Source: Candidatus Scalinduaceae bacterium (GTDB lineage: Bacteria > Planctomycetota > Brocadiia > Brocadiales > Scalinduaceae). Taken from it: a DNA stretch of 63,712 nt. Positions 20,901-29,475 of this stretch are shown one piece after another. The notes beneath the pieces are model-generated. The model was not told the DNA's origin, ran no database searches, and saw only the letters and a program-made list of their open reading frames with translations. The stretch spans positions 1 to 63,712 of the forward strand of contig JBHICG010000012.1 of NCBI GenBank assembly GCA_046759445.1, given 5' to 3'. Position numbers and translations under genes: made by a program. The first letter of the stretch is position 1, and every line of letters begins with the position of its first letter.

Positions 20901-22088
20901 ATAAAGACAAAAAGAATCTGTATTGTTCCCCATTTCGTGCTCCACTATCTCCCATTTCAAGCGTTGTTAAATGTTCCTGAATTTGGTGGGCTTGGGATAG
21001 CAGTTGAGCTGAGGGATGGGATATTTACTGTAGCTTCTGTTCATGAAGGAATGCCTGCATATAAAGCAGGCCTTAAATCAGGGGACAAAATTATGGCAAT
21101 TGACGGAGATTCTACCATCAATATGTCATTTCAGGAGGCAGTTGTTAACAGGCTAAGAGGAAAACCCTCAACAACTGTTTCATTAACAATAGAAAGTGGA
21201 GAAACGAAGGCTCGGAAAACAATCAAAGTAAAAAGGGAGACCATTGCGAAATCAAGTATTTATTCAAAATTACCTGATGGCAATACAGAAGATTTAATGG
21301 CTAAAGCCGGAAATAAACCCAGATTTTTAATAGAGGAATACGATATATTTTATGTGCCAAGTGCTAGTGTTCTCAGATTTGTCCTGGAAAAAAGGAAAGA
21401 GGTTTCAGACAAAGTTCTTGCATTTGGAAATCCAGAGTTAGAAGATGAAGACCTCAACCTTCCTCATGCTGAAGAAGAAGTAAAGAAGATAAAAGCAAGT
21501 TATCCAGAAACTGACCTCTACCTGAATGAGAGGGCTACTGAGGAGAAAGCAAAACGATTGTCTGGTGACTATAACATCATCCATTTTGCCAGCCATGGTG
21601 AGCTTAATCCAAAATCTCCCCTATTTTCATGTATCAAGATGGCTAAAGAGAAGGATGAAGATGGGAGGCTTGAGGTACATGAAATCTTTAACCTTAACCT
21701 TGAAAATACATCTTTAGTAACTCTAAGCGCCTGTGAAACAGGATTGGGGCAACTAACAGGTGGAGATGAACTGATAGGCTTAACAAGGGGGTTCATCTAT
21801 GCGGGGACTCCATCTATAGTTGCCAGTCTATGGAGTGTTAACGATAAATCTACCTCAGAACTGATGGGACTCTTCTACAAAAACCTGAAAACTCATTCCA
21901 AAGCCGAAGCCCTCCGATTAGCACAGCTTGAGATGATAAATGGTGAAGTAGGCAAGGGAATTGTACGAGGAGTAGGGGGAATTACCATCTCAAAAGAAGA
22001 CAAAGACAAACCACAAACACAAATGACCGTCAATGGCTCTCATCCCTTCTTCTGGGCACCTTTTATTTTATTAGGGGATTGGAAGTAA
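17997..22088 (+). CDS. Exported TPR-CHAT (caspase-like, clan CD) protease with inserted PDZ domain
   Basis: Signal peptide ending VFA; long TPR array; ERAKSRSLLD; HFASHG and LSACETG dyad; ASLWSVND; HPFFWAPF; S41-type PDZ FGGLG..PAYKAGL..GDKI. Confidence 0.93.
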   Translation: MSLLQNKKLSLNTTLAFLLVVLLSTHSRVFAETTDMREMAQTLWEQGVETLEAIGFYIRSNEKTFQTALKSLNDSLNLYREIGDRQSEADLLTCIAWIAINSSKFVDAQNYLKESQEIYAELGSKPGEKAAFEDIEDIDENIIILELYIEASSHINDKDYVAALKKYNNLLQLYREMGARTNEADILLWIGWIQFNLRNYIEAEHYFNDSLTIYREIGERQHEADILLWIGRIQFNLKNYTEAEHYFNDSLTIYREVGDRQSEAVILNWIGKIQYDLKNYMEAEHYYRESLSIYRQRDRKIEQGLIFKDIAALYYAKDENTKSLNYINEAIRMFEQTNDKEWMANVLGWAGIIHCKRQEFSMALDYFKKSLLRYQKIKHQEGVAEVSQWIIKADSSLGYFNIPIKYYKQALNIIHEKGNLREEGSIIHTIGKMYSNRGDYKEALKAYDKAKQIFKELNDITNQGNILVNIGEANSNLGNYLQAIDNLKEALEIFEGLKDNSGQQAALNALTDVYIQLGDYERVKEYNLKSLNIVGADKENKSVKLLSLLYHGLAFEKEGRFEMALDVYRQALDLSKEIDDKISEMTILSYIGRSYFELAELSKALEFYRQILKASREQKNKNNELVALVDIAQTCFNQNDFQSSLDYSKQALVIAKEIGNKLLAARCYFQIGYTYVYQNKREKAEEYLEKALIIDREIDRPEDIWTSNFWLGINAMEINYQKAKRYFSEAINKIESIREKISVEEYKTSFIEDKLVVYSFMILTLLLLEEFEEAFNYVERAKSRSLLDLLGNSVKLEKGKDKDLSQEERRLQKKINELLEKIQKEHSQQNERQRTVLNVWNKELEKTRKEYSGLLLKIRRKNPELYSLVNVNPLTLKEVQNLLEPDTTLLEYFCFLGEKYRSELGFPIPDSIFYWVVNKKEYKFYLIETPKLVSRITTFKEKIATLQPDYEKEAEEFYDLLIRPAKPYIKTKRICIVPHFVLHYLPFQALLNVPEFGGLGIAVELRDGIFTVASVHEGMPAYKAGLKSGDKIMAIDGDSTINMSFQEAVVNRLRGKPSTTVSLTIESGETKARKTIKVKRETIAKSSIYSKLPDGNTEDLMAKAGNKPRFLIEEYDIFYVPSASVLRFVLEKRKEVSDKVLAFGNPELEDEDLNLPHAEEEVKKIKASYPETDLYLNERATEEKAKRLSGDYNIIHFASHGELNPKSPLFSCIKMAKEKDEDGRLEVHEIFNLNLENTSLVTLSACETGLGQLTGGDELIGLTRGFIYAGTPSIVASLWSVNDKSTSELMGLFYKNLKTHSKAEALRLAQLEMINGEVGKGIVRGVGGITISKEDKDKPQTQMTVNGSHPFFWAPFILLGDWK
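18541..18900 (+). repeat. Intragenic 120-bp tandem repeat (TPR unit x3)
   Basis: Units 18541-18660 and 18661-18780 match at 110/120 nt by manual count; third unit more diverged. Confidence 0.9.
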
Positions 22089-22112
22089 TTGTAATTTTTA
22101 AAGTCAAAGAAA

Positions 22113-23039
22113 ATGAATACAGAATATATTGCAAACCTTGAAGTAAACAATTATGAAAATTATCTTCAATCCTTAAAAAGAGCCTGTAGTTGGGCTGGGA
22201 TTTCAAGAGGACGTGCTGTTACATATATAAAACTTGTCAGGGAGTTATTTGAAGCTGGTAAAGATTCTCGTGAGCATATTCTGGCCTATAATGAAAGTTG
22301 TGAGATTACTGATATCTTCGAGTTTTGGGAATCCCATGTTAGTCGCTTTCCTGGACTCAAAGGGAAGATTAAAAAATGTTTGGGAAAGGGAGCCACCCTT
22401 CGTGAGAACGAAAAGACTAATAAGTTTAATAGACCCAGAAATGATGCGTTTGCATTCCTCTTAGCAGGAAATCTCATGAGAGCCAATATAAAAGTTATAG
22501 CTGTGGATGGGATAGTTGAACAAGGAACAAGCTGTCATAAGGATGCAGATATTACTTTTGAATGGACTGAATCGGTTATTGATGTTGAGTGTAAAAGACC
22601 ACAAACAGATAAGGGTCTGGAAGAATGTGTGAAGAAAGCACTTCAACAACTTGCTAGACCAAGTCGACCAGGGCAGTTGGGAATTATTGCTATTGATTGT
22701 TCTGTACTCATTAGACCACCAGGAAAAGTTATTAATGTAAATTTTGATGAGCGTGCAGTGCAGCGTATTCACAATATTTTAGAAGTAAAAATAAAGCCAA
22801 AAGTTAATAAACAACTTGAGAGTAATATCCTGGGCTCTCTTCTCTTTGCAAGAGTACCAAGAATGACACCGACAAGAATATCTTCAATTCTGTCTCCACA
22901 AGGAAAGCTGTATATAGTCTTTAGACCAGAAAGTATAACTTCTATTTTGTGTATTAATAACCCAAATTCGTGTAATCCTGAAATATTCAGGTCTATATAT
23001 GAAAGCATCGGCATGGCCATAAACAACACTGCATCTTGA
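22113..23039 (+). CDS. Hypothetical protein with PD-(D/E)XK-like motif
   Basis: DADITF...IDVECKRP and GIIAIDCS; 24 bp downstream of the CHAT gene. Confidence 0.65.
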   Translation: MNTEYIANLEVNNYENYLQSLKRACSWAGISRGRAVTYIKLVRELFEAGKDSREHILAYNESCEITDIFEFWESHVSRFPGLKGKIKKCLGKGATLRENEKTNKFNRPRNDAFAFLLAGNLMRANIKVIAVDGIVEQGTSCHKDADITFEWTESVIDVECKRPQTDKGLEECVKKALQQLARPSRPGQLGIIAIDCSVLIRPPGKVINVNFDERAVQRIHNILEVKIKPKVNKQLESNILGSLLFARVPRMTPTRISSILSPQGKLYIVFRPESITSILCINNPNSCNPEIFRSIYESIGMAINNTAS

Positions 23040-23244
23040 CATCCTGAAAAATCCTACTTTTCCTCCCTTTTAAATCCAAATATATATTTTTTCATCATCC
23101 CATTCTTTTTCTCTGATCATATGATATTTGCTTACAAAATTTTTTCTTCTTCATAAGAAAAAATTTTGCAAGAAATCCTCTTTATAGGTGTCTATTAGTA
23201 CAAAGGCAATTACAACAAATTTAGCTTTAAAAGGAGGAGTTCAA

Positions 23245-23568
23245 ATGATTATTTTTTTTGGATGGGGACATCGTACCACGAAAGAATTTGGGCCAACAAT
23301 AGCATTGCACTGCCCAAATTGTAAAAATGACGGTTGGTGGCATTTGGTATCATATAAGACTTGGTTTACTCTATTTTTTATACCTGTTATCCCTTATGAG
23401 TCAAAGCATCTGTTACTCTGTGAGATATGCTCTCAAGGATTAGAACTCAAAGGAGACCAAATTAATAAAGCAAGAGAATTAAATGATAATACAAAAGCAT
23501 TTTTAGAAAAAAGAATTTCTGAGTCAGAATACTTAGACTCAGCCAATCAGATTGAATTACTAAGATGA
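23245..23568 (+). CDS. Zinc-ribbon protein (zinc_ribbon_15-like)
   Basis: AGGAGG then ATG at 23245; MIIFFGWG, CPNC, WFTLFFIPVIP, CEIC. Confidence 0.85.
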   Translation: MIIFFGWGHRTTKEFGPTIALHCPNCKNDGWWHLVSYKTWFTLFFIPVIPYESKHLLLCEICSQGLELKGDQINKARELNDNTKAFLEKRISESEYLDSANQIELLR

Positions 23569-23728
23569 TATTGCTTAACTTCCTTATGATTTGCAGTAAA
23601 TAAGGTTTTTCTTTTGCGTTTGTACCATTTGGGGTTTGTTATTATTTTTCCTATTGATTTTAATACTTTATAATTTTATTCTTTGGACATATTTAAAGGT
23701 TAAGCAAAATTATTAAACTGCGTTATTT

Positions 23729-24790
23729 ATGTGCAATAAAGAAAACAAGCTGAAGAAAATATTCTTAAGAATAATACAAAGACAATACTCAGTTGTTTGG
23801 GATTTCTTAGGTGAGTACTTCGAACAATGGATGAAACGAAGAGATTGGCTAGAACATGAAATTATACTTAAGGTTCTTTGCAGGTATTTTCAGAAAAGTA
23901 AAGATAAACTAGATTCTCTACATAAACAAATAAGGTTAGCGGGATCAGTCCTTATAAATGTTGATGAATTTAAAAAAAAAGCTGAAGAACGTGTTAATCA
24001 AAATTATTCCCAATGGGAAGATTGGTACGCTGAACTACAGGCTGTTGAGCTGCTTAAGAAAGAAGGTTTTAATGAATTTAAGAGTATAAAAGAGGGGAGT
24101 AATAAAACACCTGATTTTGAAGCAAAGAGAAGAGACGAAAGCGCTTTAATAGAAGTAAAGCATAAACATTTTTCTGATGATGACAAGATATTTAATGAAT
24201 TTGATCGAAAATTATGTGCAGAAAGTATCAGGCACAAAATACTTAGGAAGTCATTTGTTAGCAATTTCCAAAAAATACCAGAGAAATTTAAACAACTTTT
24301 AGAAAATCAAGATAAATGGCAGAGTTTTATTGATGGATTGAAAGATGATATAAAAGCTGGTAAAGAAAGATATATTAACGAGAACGGAATAAAAATAGAC
24401 TGGTTAGAGGATTTTGGAGAATTTAGCTTATCAGACCAACTTCAAAAAAGTCTGATACCGCGCCCTCGTTTTCCTGTATGTAAAGAACAGCATAATGAGC
24501 AAATAGAGAAGTTATATGATTTGATAAAAGTCTCTGTAAAAAAAGCAATAAGCCAAATAGAAGAATATGAAAAAACTGTTGACTGTAAATTCGATATAAA
24601 ATACGTAATTTATTTTATAAGCCTTAATACAGAAACGTCATTATTTGCTAGTGGTGAAGCTAAGAAAAAATTAGAAACATTAAAAAATGAGATTAATTGG
24701 ATCCACACAATTAACATTCCAGACGATGACCTTTCCTTTATTGTTCTAAAAAACTTCTTGTCGAACTATAAACCTTTTCCCACCTCGTAG
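23729..24790 (+). CDS. Hypothetical protein with PD-(D/E)XK-like motif
   Basis: YAEL..V..L...GF, KTPDFEAK, LIEVKH, KAISQI; very AT-rich. Confidence 0.65.
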   Translation: MCNKENKLKKIFLRIIQRQYSVVWDFLGEYFEQWMKRRDWLEHEIILKVLCRYFQKSKDKLDSLHKQIRLAGSVLINVDEFKKKAEERVNQNYSQWEDWYAELQAVELLKKEGFNEFKSIKEGSNKTPDFEAKRRDESALIEVKHKHFSDDDKIFNEFDRKLCAESIRHKILRKSFVSNFQKIPEKFKQLLENQDKWQSFIDGLKDDIKAGKERYINENGIKIDWLEDFGEFSLSDQLQKSLIPRPRFPVCKEQHNEQIEKLYDLIKVSVKKAISQIEEYEKTVDCKFDIKYVIYFISLNTETSLFASGEAKKKLETLKNEINWIHTINIPDDDLSFIVLKNFLSNYKPFPTS

Positions 24791-24899
24791 GTGGGATGGT
24801 TATATTTTCGAGTAATAATAGGTCGTATATCTCCACTTGACAATAGTCTAAAGTTAGTACTCATACCTAATCTATTTAAGCCATCAAAATTAGCAATCA

Positions 24900-25064
24900 T
24901 CAATTAGGATTAACTTGAATCTTTACTGAAAAACCTAGTTGCTTAAGAAATCGCTCGCACTCCTCCCAAGTTAATCTAAATGCCTTAACATCCTCAACAC
25001 CCAGTCTACTAACAATATCACGTAATGTCCCATAATTTTCATCCTCGAAATCACCATCCATCAT
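24900..25064 (-). CDS. Possible small protein, 54 aa
   Basis: MMDGDFEDENYGTLRDIVSRLGVEDVKAFRLTWEECERFLKQLGFSVKIQVNPN*; no clear RBS. Confidence 0.3.
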   Translation of the reverse strand: MMDGDFEDENYGTLRDIVSRLGVEDVKAFRLTWEECERFLKQLGFSVKIQVNPN

Positions 25065-25141
25065 AATATTTTCTGCTCAAAACACCTTTTCCGCGACATC
25101 GAAAGATTTTTCTCGTTTTGAGCAGGAGTGTGTTTGTTACT

Positions 25142-26290
25142 TTACCGTTTTAGAAGGTAATAGAGCTTGCCATAAGTATTTAAACTCCCTGCCTTGTGCA
25201 TAGCTTCATCGCCTATTCCAAAAAACACATCGGCTCTGGCGGGCGTTTTGATGGCGCTTCCGGTGTCCTGGTCAAGGACAAAGAATGATTTCTCTACTTG
25301 CCCTTTCTTCTGAGACCGACTTGTATTTCCAGTCCTTTTTGTTTCAATAATCGCAAAGGCCAGACCGCCTGGAGGCAGTACTTTTTTGTCAGTTGCTATA
25401 CTCCGCATAGAAGTGACTGGCACGCCTATAGAACCGTAAGGAACTGCATAATTTACTCTTTTAAAAAAGATATAGCGATCGTTTTGCCTGAGATAATAAT
25501 CCAACTCGTTGGGATGTTGTCCAAAATAGCTTAGCAGTGTAGAAAGAGTTAATTCTTCTTCTGGAATTTTGCCGTCCATAACTAATAGTCGGCCAATACT
25601 TGTATATTTATGTCCTGAATCTGCGCTATATCCTACAAAAATCTTCTCACCAGATGGAAGTTTAAGTTGGCCAGAGCCCTGAACATGGATGAGATAAGCC
25701 TCCAATTTCGATTTGAGATAGGCAATTTCATTGCCCTTTAGAAGATTGCGTTCCTCAATTTCACCTCTGGTAAAATACGGTTTTCTAAAATCAGCAGGTT
25801 TCTTATAAAGTGGATAACGAAATATTTCCGTCTGTGTTAAGCTCCCATCGTAAATGGGAGTCCCATAACCAGTAAAATGGACTTTTCCCCTGTGTTTTTT
25901 GCCAATAACCTGAAATATCCTGAAATTTTTAAAGATAAATTTGTTCAGTTCATGAGAGTTATTATATCGAAGGTAACCATCCCGAAATAATTTTAATGTT
26001 TCTATTTGTTTTTCAGGAGAAAAACCTATTGATTTAAAGGCGTATGGGTAGGACTTGATTCGTGTAAAATATGCTATACTGTTATTTATCGAAAATAACA
26101 AAGTTTCTTTACCATAATCATCTCTAAAATCAGGAAATTGTTCAGGGTCTGTAATTTCTGACAGACCAACTCCTGGTTCTATCGGCGATAGAAATGGTTT
26201 TTTTCCTGAGGTAGAACAACCTGTCTGTACAATCATAAATAAAAATATAACTGCCAATAAAAGGTTAAATATATTACTTTTTGATTTCAT
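25142..26290 (-). CDS. mltA: Membrane-bound lytic murein transglycosylase A
   Basis: Lipobox QTGC; FTGY..P, HVQGSG, YTSIG, RYIFF, SIATD, QDTGSAIK..RADVFFG.G. Confidence 0.92.
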   Translation of the reverse strand: MKSKSNIFNLLLAVIFLFMIVQTGCSTSGKKPFLSPIEPGVGLSEITDPEQFPDFRDDYGKETLLFSINNSIAYFTRIKSYPYAFKSIGFSPEKQIETLKLFRDGYLRYNNSHELNKFIFKNFRIFQVIGKKHRGKVHFTGYGTPIYDGSLTQTEIFRYPLYKKPADFRKPYFTRGEIEERNLLKGNEIAYLKSKLEAYLIHVQGSGQLKLPSGEKIFVGYSADSGHKYTSIGRLLVMDGKIPEEELTLSTLLSYFGQHPNELDYYLRQNDRYIFFKRVNYAVPYGSIGVPVTSMRSIATDKKVLPPGGLAFAIIETKRTGNTSRSQKKGQVEKSFFVLDQDTGSAIKTPARADVFFGIGDEAMHKAGSLNTYGKLYYLLKR

Positions 26291-26418
26291 AAGTCTATTA
26301 CTCCTTATTCCTGAAAGATTTTATAGAAAGAGTGGGTTACTTCGCTCCGGGTTGTCCGAAAAAAAAGTCTTATCATAGTTTCACCACTTTGGGCAATTTT
26401 ACAAAATAAAATTGCCTA

Positions 26419-29121
26419 CTATTCCACGATCACGATTAAATGATCGTCATTCTGAAATACCCTGGGCGCAAGCCTTTCCAGATCCTGAGGTGTAACCGCC
26501 TTTAGCTTTTCGCCATATTGGTCATCTGCTTCGGGTTCTTTACCGTCAAGTATCTCCATACTTATGTAGTATGCCTGACTCACACGATCCATACGACGCA
26601 TACCCCGACGGCCTAAGGTTGCGTTGATTGTTTTTTGAACTTCATCGACATCGAAAGATGCTTCCCGCATTAACTGGATTTCTTCTCGAATGCCGGAAAC
26701 AGCTTTTTCGATGTTTTCCGGTCTCGTCCCCATGGTAATACGATACCAGTGAGCATCCTTGTATTTTGGGAAGTGTGTGCCAATGGAATAGGCGAGTCCC
26801 TGTTGTTCACGAAGATTGAAGGCAAGTCTATCAGAAAATATACTACTGAGAATGTGCAGGGCAGGTTGGTCTTTCTCTTCAACGTCATAGGTATTTGCAA
26901 CGATAACGTATGACTGTGATTTGCCGATTTTCTGACGTACTGTTTTGCCAGGTTTCCTGAATTGGTACTTAAATACCGGCGGTTGCCATCCGGCTTCTCC
27001 CCATGTCTCACTAAAATTGGTTTTTACAAGCTCCATTACCTTGTCAATCGACAGATTACCGGAAATAGTCAGCACCAGGTTTGAGGGATTGTATAGCTTA
27101 TTATAAAATGCCTTTATTTCTTCAAGGCTAATATCCTCTATATCCTTTGCATTACCAAGCGTCCATCCAAATCCCGGGTTTGTAACAAATAGATTATCAT
27201 ACAGCATTCTACTGGCAACTTTAGGTGTACTTAAAGCAGTTGTGGTAGAAAGTGAGACGACCTTTTTTTTGGCTTGATCAAAAGCGTCCTCTGTAAGTAG
27301 AGGTTGGGATACCATTTCTGCAAGCAATCTGATGCCTTCCTCGAAAAAGAAATCTATTACCTTCAATCGCACGTAGACAAAGCGGACCGAATTGTAGTAA
27401 TCGTCATAGGGAATAGAAGGATTGTCGTGGAGTTTTAACTCCGCGCCAATGGATTCAAGTGCATGATACAATTTTTCCTTGGGATGATTAAGCGTTCCTC
27501 CCTCAAGCAGCATTCGCTGTAAAACCTCTCCCATACCCCACTTTTCCTTACCCTCACACAGACTTCGGCCTTTTGCTAACAGGTGTATTCCTACAACACG
27601 GCTGTCAGGGTTTTCTTTTATAACAACGGTCATACCATTTTCCAGTGTTTCCATGTGGTATTGATTTTGTGTTTCAACCCCGGTTGCTTCAGCCGGCTTA
27701 AGAGGTGGGGACATTAATGTGATTATGGGTAACGGGGATTTCAGATATTGTAACGCAGCGTCCTGAATTGATTTCGGTGTTGCCTTCATTATACTGTCCA
27801 TATAATCACGGAGAAAGGCATATCCACCGGCGGCAAGATAGCTCGATTTCATCATGGCATAGTAATGCAGTTTTTCCTGCAGATAAATTTCATGCGTGGC
27901 CCTTGCTATTAACATCTTTTGAATCTTGCTCATCTGCACAGGATTAAGTGCCATGTCTCGTACGGCGTGTGTAATCAAATCGATAATGCGATCAACATCG
28001 GTATTTAAGGGAAGTTCTGCTAAAATTTGCAGCGTTGAAAAATCACTATTAAATGTTATGTTTGCATTGATTGAATTAACCAGGTTTTTATTGGAATCCT
28101 GTTTGAACAAGACGTCCAGGACTGAGTCCTTTTTGCCACCAAGGAACTCGGCCAGCAGTTGTAATGAAAAGAAATCCTCAGATGCAGGCGCCGGTAATAT
28201 GTAACCCATATTAAGATATTGGCGATCGGCAGGAAATTTTCCCATACCATTTGTCCGGACAACCCGCAGTGTTTTCGGCGGTATCAGCAAGATAGGTTTG
28301 TGTTCCGGCAGAGGACCGGCAGGATATGGTCCATACTTCTTCTTAACCAATTCTACCATTTCCGGGGTTGTGAAATCACCGATGACCATCAATGTCATAT
28401 TGTTGGGCACATACCAGGTGTGATAATATGCTTGTACATCATCACGCTTTAGATGAGAAATCGTGGAAACAGTTCCGAGCACGGGCCGCTCATAAGACGT
28501 GCCGGAGTATAAAACCCGTAAGAAATGATTGTGAACCTGATGTGTTGGATAGTCTGCACCTTTGCCAATCTCTTCAATAACGATGCCCCGTTCTTTTTCA
28601 AATTTTTCAGGAGGTAGAGTGGAGTTGAAAAGCATGTCTGCCTGGATGTCCATCCCCTGTTCAATATACTCCTTCGGCATCAGTATCATGAAGTTGGTGT
28701 AATCGGGTCCTGTGTGTGCATTATTATAACCGCCATAATAATCCATTTCGTCATAGAGCTCCTTCTGTGTGCGGTTTTTCGTACCATTAAAGAGCAGATG
28801 TTCAAGAAAATGTGCGGATCCGTTTGTTGATGCGTCTTCATTGCGACTACCGGCCTTGACGATTGTAAATGCCGTAATCATGGGACTGGCATGATTTTCT
28901 ATGAGAATAACCTCCATCCCGTTGTCAAGATAGAAGACCGAGTCCTTTTGAGTTTTACCAAACAATGACAAAGCCTGATCTTCTAAATCATCAGCACCAA
29001 ACACAAAGTAACTCATTCCAAAAAGGAAAACGTGCATTATGAGGATGTTTAAGGCAATTCTTTTCATTTTTCTTTGGAAGCCTTCAAATTTTAATAATCC
29101 AAGCCTGCTCATATTTTTCAT
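26419..29121 (-). CDS. M16 family zinc peptidase (tandem domains)
   Basis: Inverted zinc motif HFLEH.LFNGT; second half lacks HxxEH; LRE.QGLAY. Confidence 0.92.
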   Translation of the reverse strand: MKNMSRLGLLKFEGFQRKMKRIALNILIMHVFLFGMSYFVFGADDLEDQALSLFGKTQKDSVFYLDNGMEVILIENHASPMITAFTIVKAGSRNEDASTNGSAHFLEHLLFNGTKNRTQKELYDEMDYYGGYNNAHTGPDYTNFMILMPKEYIEQGMDIQADMLFNSTLPPEKFEKERGIVIEEIGKGADYPTHQVHNHFLRVLYSGTSYERPVLGTVSTISHLKRDDVQAYYHTWYVPNNMTLMVIGDFTTPEMVELVKKKYGPYPAGPLPEHKPILLIPPKTLRVVRTNGMGKFPADRQYLNMGYILPAPASEDFFSLQLLAEFLGGKKDSVLDVLFKQDSNKNLVNSINANITFNSDFSTLQILAELPLNTDVDRIIDLITHAVRDMALNPVQMSKIQKMLIARATHEIYLQEKLHYYAMMKSSYLAAGGYAFLRDYMDSIMKATPKSIQDAALQYLKSPLPIITLMSPPLKPAEATGVETQNQYHMETLENGMTVVIKENPDSRVVGIHLLAKGRSLCEGKEKWGMGEVLQRMLLEGGTLNHPKEKLYHALESIGAELKLHDNPSIPYDDYYNSVRFVYVRLKVIDFFFEEGIRLLAEMVSQPLLTEDAFDQAKKKVVSLSTTTALSTPKVASRMLYDNLFVTNPGFGWTLGNAKDIEDISLEEIKAFYNKLYNPSNLVLTISGNLSIDKVMELVKTNFSETWGEAGWQPPVFKYQFRKPGKTVRQKIGKSQSYVIVANTYDVEEKDQPALHILSSIFSDRLAFNLREQQGLAYSIGTHFPKYKDAHWYRITMGTRPENIEKAVSGIREEIQLMREASFDVDEVQKTINATLGRRGMRRMDRVSQAYYISMEILDGKEPEADDQYGEKLKAVTPQDLERLAPRVFQNDDHLIVIVE

Positions 29122-29137
29122 AATACTCCTTATTTTT

Positions 29138-29196
29138 AACTTTAGGCATTTATTGTGAAACAGGTTTCACACGTTCACTTTAGACACTTTAAACTT
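29138..29196. repeat. CTTTAG/CACTTT short-iteron element
   Basis: aactttaggc...gtgaaacaggtttcac...cactttagacactttaaactt; same family at 47544 and 49929. Confidence 0.6.
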
Positions 29197-29328
29197 GTCG
29201 CGGCTTCGCCGCACAATGTAGCACATTGTACCAAAGTTTTTATAAAAAACTTGCTTAATTTTTTCACGAATTTAGAATAGAAGCTGTACCCTGTTGAATA
29301 ACACTATGCTGGTTCAATGTTGCCCTTA

Positions 29329-29419
29329 TGTCATTCCCATGAAAATGGGAATCTAATTGCCTTTATTATTATCCGCCTAGATTCCCGCTTATGCCTGCTA
29401 CAGCAGGGCGGGAATGACA
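29329..29419. repeat. REP pair (TGTCATTCCC ... GGGAATGACA)
   Basis: Inverted termini with internal hairpins. Confidence 0.7.
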
Positions 29420-29475
29420 GAAAAAGGTTAGATTGTTTGAATACAGTAAACTATTACAATAAAGGGAGAGCATAA

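Noticed and set aside
15016..22088. Type III-E CRISPR Craspase locus
   Set aside because: No Cas7-11, csx30/csx31 or array in the window, and this CHAT has a signal peptide; the similarity is only an analogy
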